Shown here: positions 48,866-55,803 of the stretch, in pieces
Layout of the letters: each line of letters starts with the position of its first letter
Position numbering within the stretch: the first letter of the stretch is position 1
Origin: Opitutus sp.
GTDB lineage: Bacteria; Verrucomicrobiota; Verrucomicrobiia; Opitutales; Opitutaceae
Assembly (NCBI GenBank): GCA_013821985.1
Contig: PNJQ01000009.1
Location: 840 to 64,839 of the forward strand
DNA: 64,000 nucleotides
Direction of reading: 5' to 3'
Position numbers and translations under genes: made by a program
The notes under the pieces: generated by a model
Seen by the model: only the letters and a program-made list of their open reading frames with translations
What the model was told of the DNA's origin: nothing
The model's database searches: none

Positions 48866-48904
48866 AATTTCTTTCGGAGCCGAAAGAAATTTGGCCGCCG
48901 ACTT

Positions 48905-48949
48905 GTCGGCCGAAGCTGGGCGAAGGCTGAAGCCTTGGCGAAGGCGGAC
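48905..48949. repeat. Tandem AGCCTTGGCGAAGGC-family palindromes
   Basis: AGCTGGGCGAAGGCT (48914) plus AGCCTTGGCGAAGGC (48931); same unit as at 40241. Confidence 0.7.
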
Positions 48950-49193
48950 CTCGCCCCTCGCCTCCCCGGTTGGAACAGTTCAAGTGAAACTGACAACTGT
49001 CGCGGCACGTGGTCCCCGGTTTCGTCGCAGGGGCCTGCAGCGCATTTTGCGCACTGCCGCCGCGCATGCGGGTTTATACTTATCGCCAGCGGACGCGCCT
49101 TCGAGTTAACTCGCGGCGGTCAACTCACTTTGCAGGACAGGTCTGTGCGGGGCATCCCCGCACGTCGCCTGCCATCGTGGAATCTAAATCACG

Positions 49194-50354
49194 ATGTCAC
49201 CCTATCTCGCTTCCGGTCCTAAAATTCTGCCTGCCGAATTCGCCGCCCGTTACCTCGAAGCGTTGCGCGCGCAGTTGCCGCGCCGCGGCACCCGCAGCGA
49301 TGACCGCGCCCAAGGTCTCGGACGCGCCGCGCTCGCCGGGGGGCTCGGCGTGCGCGATGTGGCGCGCAGCCATGAACAGGCGATGCTCGCGCTCGCGTCG
49401 GCGTCCAAGTTTGCCGAACTCAGCAACGGTGCCCTCCGTCGCGCCGGACAGTTTCTCCGGCAAACCCTGATGCCCCTCGAGGCGGCGCTGCGCGCGACGC
49501 GCAATTCGAATCGGCAACTGCAGCAGCGCAACGAAACTCTCCGCGTTCACGCGCGGGAGCTGGCGAAATCGAATCGCCGCCTCGTTCGCGAAGTCGCGCG
49601 CCGCGAAGCCGGCGAACGCGCCGTCCGCGAAGCCAAGGTTCGCTATCACACGCTTTACCTCGAGTCGCAGACGATGGAGCGAAAACTCCGTCTGCTCACG
49701 CGCAAGATCCTCTCGGCGCAGGAGGAAGAACGCTGCCGCATCAGTCGCGAGTTGCACGACGAGGTCGTCCAAACGCTCGTGGGCATTAACGTCAACCTCG
49801 CCCGCCTCAGCCGTGATTCGGCTCTCGGGGTCCGGACTCTGAAAGGCAAACTGGCCTACACGCGCCGCTTGGTGGAGACATCCGTCAAAGCAGTTCATCG
49901 TTTCGCGCGCGACCTGCGACCGGCCGCGCTCGACGACCTCGGCCTCATCCCCGCGTTGCACGCGTATTGTCGCGTCGTCGCCACCCGTCGGAAAATGAAG
50001 ATCGACCTTACCGCGTTCCGCGGCGTCGAGTCGCTCGGCAGCGCGAAGCGCATCGTGTTTTATCGCATCGTGCAGGAGGCCCTGACCAACGTGGCCCGCC
50101 ATTCTCGCGCCACGCGGGTGCGCGTCGCCATCACGCCCGCGCCCGGCGCCGTGCAACTCGAAGTGGCGGACAACGGAAAGTCGTTTCAGGTCAGCAAAGT
50201 TTTTCTCGCGAAGAGCAACAAACGACTCGGCCTCCTCGGCATGAAGGAACGCGTGGAGATGGTCGGCGGCACGCTCACGATCCAATCCGACCCGGCCACC
50301 GGCACCATCGTGCGCGCCACCATTCCCTTTAACCCCAAGAAAGAAACGAAATGA
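49194..50354 (+). CDS. Soluble NarX/UhpB-type (HisKA_3) sensor histidine kinase with RsbU-N-like input domain
   Basis: QEEER.RISRELHDEVVQ H-box, LRP..LDDLGL, QEALTNV.RH, DNG, LGLLGMKER; no TM segment. Confidence 0.9.
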   Translation: MSPYLASGPKILPAEFAARYLEALRAQLPRRGTRSDDRAQGLGRAALAGGLGVRDVARSHEQAMLALASASKFAELSNGALRRAGQFLRQTLMPLEAALRATRNSNRQLQQRNETLRVHARELAKSNRRLVREVARREAGERAVREAKVRYHTLYLESQTMERKLRLLTRKILSAQEEERCRISRELHDEVVQTLVGINVNLARLSRDSALGVRTLKGKLAYTRRLVETSVKAVHRFARDLRPAALDDLGLIPALHAYCRVVATRRKMKIDLTAFRGVESLGSAKRIVFYRIVQEALTNVARHSRATRVRVAITPAPGAVQLEVADNGKSFQVSKVFLAKSNKRLGLLGMKERVEMVGGTLTIQSDPATGTIVRATIPFNPKKETK

Positions 50355-51037
50355 ATTCACCCAAGCCCATCCGTGTCCTGCTGGCCGACGATCATTCGGT
50401 CGTGCGGCAGGGTCTGTGCGCCCTCCTTTCCATCGAACCGGAATTTCTCGTGATCGGCCAGGCGGCGAACGGACGCGAAGCAGTGCAGCTCGCGCACCGC
50501 TTGCGTCCGGACGTGATCGTGATCGACATCGCCATGCCCGGCCTGAACGGCGTCGAAGCCACCCGGCAGATCCTCGCCGCCAATCCCGCCGCGCGCGTCA
50601 TCGTTCTTTCGGCTCACTCGGACGACGAATACGTCGAACGGATGCGCGAAGCTGGCGCGGCGGGCTTTCTCGAGAAGCAATCGTCGGCCGAATCGCTCAC
50701 CCGTGCGATCCGCGAAGTCGCGCAAGGTCGCGCCTACTACAGCCCGACCATCGCGCGACGCACCACGCAGGCCGCGCATCCGACGCGCGATCGCCACGGC
50801 ATGGTGAAGACGCGGGCCAATCGACTCACCACGCGCGAGGCCGAAGTGCTGCAACTGGTGGCGGAAGGCTCCGCGAACAAGCAAATCGCCGACACCCTCG
50901 GCATTAGCGTCAAGACGGTGGAGAAGCACCGGCAGCACTTGATGGACAAGCTGCACATCCACGACACCGCGAGTCTGACGCGCTACGCAATCGCCAATGG
51001 CGTGATCGAGGCCGGCGTGAAGTTGACGATTATCTGA
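50351..51037 (+). CDS. NarL/LuxR family response regulator
   Basis: LADDH, phospho-acceptor in IDIAMP, LTTREAEVLQLVAEG..NKQIA..L.IS.KTVEKHR; ATGA overlap with the kinase. Confidence 0.95.
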   Translation: MNSPKPIRVLLADDHSVVRQGLCALLSIEPEFLVIGQAANGREAVQLAHRLRPDVIVIDIAMPGLNGVEATRQILAANPAARVIVLSAHSDDEYVERMREAGAAGFLEKQSSAESLTRAIREVAQGRAYYSPTIARRTTQAAHPTRDRHGMVKTRANRLTTREAEVLQLVAEGSANKQIADTLGISVKTVEKHRQHLMDKLHIHDTASLTRYAIANGVIEAGVKLTII

Positions 51038-51083
51038 GCTGAAGATCGCTGGGGTCAATTGCCCCGGGGATTCTCCTGCTCGT

Positions 51084-51094
51084 TTGTCCCCATA
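51084..51094 (+). promoter_or_regulatory. Shared motif TTGTCCCCATA (copy 1), candidate regulator site
   Basis: Identical 11-mer at 54425-54435; ends 34 nt before the ATG. Confidence 0.45.
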
Positions 51095-51128
51095 TCGGGT
51101 CAGGCGTCGCCCCTCTATTCTGGAGGGC

Positions 51129-54107
51129 ATGACTCCTACATATAAATCTCTCCTGACTGCTGCGGCTTTCGCCGTCTTCGCAGTCGGAGGATCGGCTCAG
51201 GTTCTGCTTTCGACCGCTGATTATGCGTTGCTCGGCGGCACTCTCATCAGCGTGGGCGGACCCGGTCCGAACACCATCGTTAACGGCAACGTGGGCCTCT
51301 CTCCCGCTGCGACGTCCAACATCACCGGCTTTCCGCCGGCGACCGTCTCGGGCAACACGCTCAGCGGTTCTGCCGCTGCGATCATCGCCACGGGCGGTGC
51401 CACGAGTCAGGCGCGACTTGATCTTATCAAAGCACAAAACGCGCTCGCGGCGATGCCCTCGAACGTGAACGTCAGCAACGTCGATCTCGGCACCATGGCG
51501 CCGCTGAATGCCGGCGTCTATACCTTCAACGGCGCCGCGACGCAAACGGGCGCACTCGTCCTCGACGCGCAAGGCCAGAACGGCGTCTCGTGGGTTTTCC
51601 AAATCGGCACGAGCCTCACCACTTCGGTGAATTCGACGGTGACGTTCATCAATCTCGGCTCCAACGGTGGCTCCGACCTCGGCGTGTATTGGAACGTCGG
51701 CACCGCGATCAGCATCGGCGATAATAACACCATCGTCGGTAATTACCTTGCGGGCACCAGTATCTCGTTCACGGGCATCACCACGACGCTGGGCAATGGC
51801 GGCTCACGCGCCCTCTCGCTCGCGGCCATCTCATTCGCCGGTCCGGGAGCAATCAATCCCCTCGGTGGCCCCGGTGGCGGCGATTGGGACGGCGGCTTGG
51901 ACTACAATGGTCTCGGCCAGCTGGTTCCCATCGTGATCGTTCCACCGGTCGTTCCGCCGGTTGTTCCGCCAGTTGTTCCCGTGGTCGTTCCGCCGGTCGT
52001 TCCCGTCATCGTTTACACGGGCAATGTCATCTTGAGCACTCCGGGCGCGTTTGTCGCCGGTTCATCCGGTGTGACTCTGGTCCCGGGCACAAATTACCCG
52101 ACCACCACCCTGACGATCGATGGCAATTCCTCGAACGGCTCCGCGCCGGCGTCACTGACCATCAATACGGCGACCGTCACGCTCACGGGCACCAACACCT
52201 ACACGGGGGGCACGATCGTCAATTCCGGCGACTTGCTCGCCGCCGTGGCCAGCCTGCCCGCGAACCAAGGTGTCACGCTGAACAACAGCACGCTGACATT
52301 CGTCCAACCGACCGACGCCACCTTCGGTGGCGTCGTCTCCGGCACCGGCGCAGTCGTGAAGCAAGGCGCAGGGGCGCTGACCCTCTCGGGTGCCAACACC
52401 CACACCGGCGGCACGCGCGTCAGCACAGGCTCGCTGATCGTCACCACCGCCAATCTGCCGACGAATCAGGACGTCGCGGTCGCCTCGGGCGCCACGCTCG
52501 TCTTCAATCAAGGTTCCAACGGCACGTTTGGCGGCACGATCGGCGGCAGCGGCACAATTGAAAAGCGCGGCACCGGCGTCCTCACGCTCGCCAACACCAC
52601 GGCGACGACGCTCGATCTCCAGGCCGGCTCGTTGATCTTCACCGGCGGGCTCGGCACGACGACCATCGCCAGCGGCGCCACCCTCGGCGGGTCCGGCACG
52701 ATCTTCGGCAATCTGACCAATCGCGGTCGCCTCAGCCCCGGCACTTCGCCAGGCACGATCAATCTGATCGGCAACTATGTGCAAACGAGCACCGGCAGCC
52801 TCTTCATTGAAGTCGCGTCGGCCACCTCGTTCGACAAATTGCTCATCACCGGCTCGGCGAATCTCGCCGGCACGGTCTTGTTCGATATCGCGCCGGGCTT
52901 CAACGCCGTGGGCCAATCTTATACGTTCCTCACCGCCACCACCGGCGTGACCGGCACGTTCGGCACCGTCAGCGGGGCCACCACCACGAGCGCCGCAACC
53001 GCCGCGAACCTCACCTACGCGCCGAACTCGGTGACGCTCGCGTTCACGCAACTGCCGTTCTCCGGCTTCGCGCAGACGCCGAATCAAACCGCCGTCGGCA
53101 CTGCCGGCCAAGGCGTTCCCGTCATCACGACTTCGCTGAACGTGATTCCCGTCGCCGCGCAGATCCCCGGCGCGCTGAACGCTCTGTCGCCGCAAGGCTA
53201 TCAGGTGTGGTCCAGCGTCGCGTTCGCGCACGGCACCGCGCTGGCTGACCGCCTCGCGAGCAACCCGCACGCGCAACTCGGCCAGGATAACTTCTACTTC
53301 GACGTCAGCCAACGCCGCGCCCGCACGCGCCGCGATGCCGATGTCGGCACGACGACGGCCACCAGCACGGCGCAACTCGTCGGCGGCGACCGCGCGATGA
53401 ATGCCAACCTGAATGTCGGCATCTTCTACGAGCACGCCAAATCCGTGACGAACCTCGGCCGGTCGGGCAGCCTCTCGACGATCAAGGAAAACATGCTGGG
53501 CGTCCGCTCGGCCTGGGTCGATGGCCCGCTGTTCGCGCACTCGGTGCTCGCGTATGGTTTCGATAACTACAAGTCCACGCGCGCGATCGCGTTCCCCGGC
53601 ACGACCGCGACCGCTTCGTCCACCACGCGTGGTCATCAGTGGCTCGCCGGCATCTCCGGCGGCCGCCACGTCGAATTCGGTCCCGCCACGCTGTCGCCGT
53701 TCATCGGGTTGCTCGCCAGCCGTTGGACGGCCAACGGCTTCACGGAGACTGGCGCCGGCGCTTTGAATGCCACGGTGGCCAAGCAGTCCGCCCGCTCGCT
53801 GCGCTCCGAAGCCGGTGTGGAAGCCGCGCTGAATTGGACGGTCGGTTCCGTCGGCATCGTGCCGCACGTCCGCGCCGCCTGGCTGCATGAGTTCTCCGAC
53901 GACTCCCGTCGCATCAACGCGTCGTTCAACGGCGTTAACTACGGCGTCGCCACCCGCGCTCCGCAGCGCAACAGCGCCCTGTTGAGCGCCGGCCTCGACG
54001 TCATGATCAATCCGCGCGCCCTGGTCTATGCCGACTACTCGGTGCAGACCGGCAGCGTGTCGAAAATCCTCAGCGAGTGGCGGGTGGGAGTCATGGTAAA
54101 GTTCTGA
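51129..54107 (+). CDS. Autotransporter with N-terminal ice-binding-like (DUF3494) domain
   Basis: GGAGGG RBS; signal peptide; DUF3494 motifs (GNVGLSP..ITGFPP, DLG...L.AGVY.F, LVLDAQG, VFQIG.SLTT, VYWNVG); PATR repeats (KQGAGALTLSGANTHTGGT); beta-barrel ending in terminal F. Confidence 0.88.
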   Translation: MTPTYKSLLTAAAFAVFAVGGSAQVLLSTADYALLGGTLISVGGPGPNTIVNGNVGLSPAATSNITGFPPATVSGNTLSGSAAAIIATGGATSQARLDLIKAQNALAAMPSNVNVSNVDLGTMAPLNAGVYTFNGAATQTGALVLDAQGQNGVSWVFQIGTSLTTSVNSTVTFINLGSNGGSDLGVYWNVGTAISIGDNNTIVGNYLAGTSISFTGITTTLGNGGSRALSLAAISFAGPGAINPLGGPGGGDWDGGLDYNGLGQLVPIVIVPPVVPPVVPPVVPVVVPPVVPVIVYTGNVILSTPGAFVAGSSGVTLVPGTNYPTTTLTIDGNSSNGSAPASLTINTATVTLTGTNTYTGGTIVNSGDLLAAVASLPANQGVTLNNSTLTFVQPTDATFGGVVSGTGAVVKQGAGALTLSGANTHTGGTRVSTGSLIVTTANLPTNQDVAVASGATLVFNQGSNGTFGGTIGGSGTIEKRGTGVLTLANTTATTLDLQAGSLIFTGGLGTTTIASGATLGGSGTIFGNLTNRGRLSPGTSPGTINLIGNYVQTSTGSLFIEVASATSFDKLLITGSANLAGTVLFDIAPGFNAVGQSYTFLTATTGVTGTFGTVSGATTTSAATAANLTYAPNSVTLAFTQLPFSGFAQTPNQTAVGTAGQGVPVITTSLNVIPVAAQIPGALNALSPQGYQVWSSVAFAHGTALADRLASNPHAQLGQDNFYFDVSQRRARTRRDADVGTTTATSTAQLVGGDRAMNANLNVGIFYEHAKSVTNLGRSGSLSTIKENMLGVRSAWVDGPLFAHSVLAYGFDNYKSTRAIAFPGTTATASSTTRGHQWLAGISGGRHVEFGPATLSPFIGLLASRWTANGFTETGAGALNATVAKQSARSLRSEAGVEAALNWTVGSVGIVPHVRAAWLHEFSDDSRRINASFNGVNYGVATRAPQRNSALLSAGLDVMINPRALVYADYSVQTGSVSKILSEWRVGVMVKF
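51939..52010 (+). repeat. 12-bp intragenic tandem repeat x6 encoding a (VPPV)n linker
   Basis: GTTCCRCCRGTY / GTTCCCGTSRTC units. Confidence 0.85.
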
Positions 54108-54130
54108 TCGCCCCACTCGATTATCGGCCT

Positions 54131-54160
54131 AAACCCCTGCCTTCACCGGCAGGGGTTTTT
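54131..54160 (+). terminator. Rho-independent terminator
   Basis: AAACCCCTGCC-TTCACC-GGCAGGGGTTTTT. Confidence 0.85.
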
Positions 54161-54424
54161 GCATTTCTGGATCGTCCTTCCCGTGGATCCACGCATCGAC
54201 GCAGAGGACACTAAATGCCTGGCTCGGGGCACGCGTCGCAGCGTCAGCCATGCGTGTGCTCCGGGTCCATTCGTGGTTCAACGCGGCCGGCCGACGTTTC
54301 GACCGCCACCTCCCTGCAGGACCGGCGCTTGTCGCGGTGCGCATCGCGCTCGCCGCCGCGTCGCATGTCGCGCGCGGTGCCGCACCTGCGGTCAGTGCGC
54401 TCCACCACGCCCGGCCGGTAGGTC

Positions 54425-54435
54425 TTGTCCCCATA
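54425..54435 (+). promoter_or_regulatory. Shared motif TTGTCCCCATA (copy 2)
   Basis: Ends 37 nt before the BON gene ATG; part of a CCCCAT-N5-ATGGGG inverted repeat. Confidence 0.45.
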
Positions 54436-54472
54436 GTGCATGGGGCGGGTATCCACTAGAGTGGGCTCTCAC

Positions 54473-55210
54473 ATGAAATTCAAATCCACCAGCTCATTGC
54501 TCCTTCTCCTCGCGAGTCCCCTCGCCCTCTTCGCCACGATGGAGACGGATCGCAAGATCGAGGCCGCCGCCGAGGCTTCCTATAATTTTCGCACCGTCCT
54601 CGAGACCAACGTGAAGGTCAAAGCCAACGACGGCATCGTCACCCTTTCGGGACACGTGCAGGATAAGGATGATCGTCGTCTGGCCGAGGCCACCGTCGAA
54701 AACCTCCCGGGCGTCCTGAGCGTGAAGAACGACATCACCGTCACGCCGACGTATCCCGAGACCTCCGATGCGTGGATGGCCTTCAAGATCCGCAGCCGCC
54801 TGCTCGTCAAGGGCAACGTCAGCGCCACCGACACGAAAGTCGAAGTGAAGGACGGCGTCGTGACGCTCTCCGGCACGGCCGAAAATCTGGCGCAGAAGGA
54901 ACTCACCGGCGCGTATGCCAAAGACATTGCCCACGTGAAGTCCGTGAAGAACAACCTCGTGGTCCAAGCTTCGACGAAGCCCACGATGGGCGAGAAGATC
55001 GATGACGCTTCGATCACCGGCCAGGTGAAGTTCGCACTCGTCAGCCATCAGGCCACCAGCGCGCTGAATACCAAGGTCACCACCAACGACGGTATCGTGT
55101 CCGTCTCCGGCGTCGCTTCTTCTGATGCGGAAAAATCCCTCGTCACGAAACTCGCCGGCGACGTCCGCGGCGCGAAGTCCGTCAGCAACAACATGACGGT
55201 TAAGAGCTGA
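54473..55210 (+). CDS. Periplasmic triple-BON (OsmY-like) protein
   Basis: Signal peptide; three V...DG.V.LSG...V.SV.N repeats; DDASIT..VK. Confidence 0.92.
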   Translation: MKFKSTSSLLLLLASPLALFATMETDRKIEAAAEASYNFRTVLETNVKVKANDGIVTLSGHVQDKDDRRLAEATVENLPGVLSVKNDITVTPTYPETSDAWMAFKIRSRLLVKGNVSATDTKVEVKDGVVTLSGTAENLAQKELTGAYAKDIAHVKSVKNNLVVQASTKPTMGEKIDDASITGQVKFALVSHQATSALNTKVTTNDGIVSVSGVASSDAEKSLVTKLAGDVRGAKSVSNNMTVKS

Positions 55211-55232
55211 GCCACTCCTGATTTCTCAAGCC

Positions 55233-55258
55233 ACGGCCCGGGTGTTCATCCGGGCCGT
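55233..55258. other. Intercistronic hairpin
   Basis: ACGGCCCGGGTG-TT-CATCCGGGCCGT; no strong U tract. Confidence 0.5.
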
Positions 55259-55277
55259 CCCATTTTCCCCTCCTCCC

Positions 55278-55484
55278 ATGAATCGCATCCTCTCCCTCGT
55301 CCTCCTGATCGGCGGCATCGTCCTCATCACCTACGGCGTCTCCGCTTCCGAGTCCATCGGTTCGGCGTTCTCACGTCTCTTCACCGGTGCACCGACCGAC
55401 AAGACCATCTGGCTGCTCGTGGGCGGCGTGGTTGCCGCATTGGTCGGGGCCGCGGGTTTCTTCGGCAGTTCCAAGTCCACCTGA
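55278..55484 (+). CDS. DUF3185 family small membrane protein
   Basis: [21 protein letters not shown]. Confidence 0.88.
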   Translation: MNRILSLVLLIGGIVLITYGVSASESIGSAFSRLFTGAPTDKTIWLLVGGVVAALVGAAGFFGSSKST

Positions 55485-55531
55485 GCCGCCTTCCCTTCGA
55501 TCGGCTGCCTCAACTTCCGCTCCTTCCTTCC

Positions 55532-55690
55532 ATGCTCTATTACGCCCTCCTCTTCCTGATTGTCTCCATCACCGCCGGTGTCCTCGGCTTTGGCGGCATC
55601 GCCGGCACCGCCGCGACGATCGCCAAGGTGCTCTTCGTGATCTTCCTGGTGCTCTTCCTCGCCTCGCTGTTCCGCCTGCGCAAAACCTGA
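55532..55690 (+). CDS. DUF1328 (UPF0391/YtjA-like) small membrane protein
   Basis: [52 protein letters not shown]; below the ORF-track size cutoff. Confidence 0.92.
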   Translation: MLYYALLFLIVSITAGVLGFGGIAGTAATIAKVLFVIFLVLFLASLFRLRKT

Positions 55691-55803
55691 GTCGAGCTTG
55701 AGCGGGCGCGGCCGCTGACACTCCGCGTTTTCGAGCCATCAAAAACATCGGCGCGACCTCCACGCAGGTCGCGCCGTGTTCTTTTGAGGAACGTTGCCGT
55801 GCC

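Noticed and set aside
48866-55800. tRNA-anchored genomic island
   Set aside because: No integrase and no duplicated tRNA 3' end seen in the window; composition is not obviously different.
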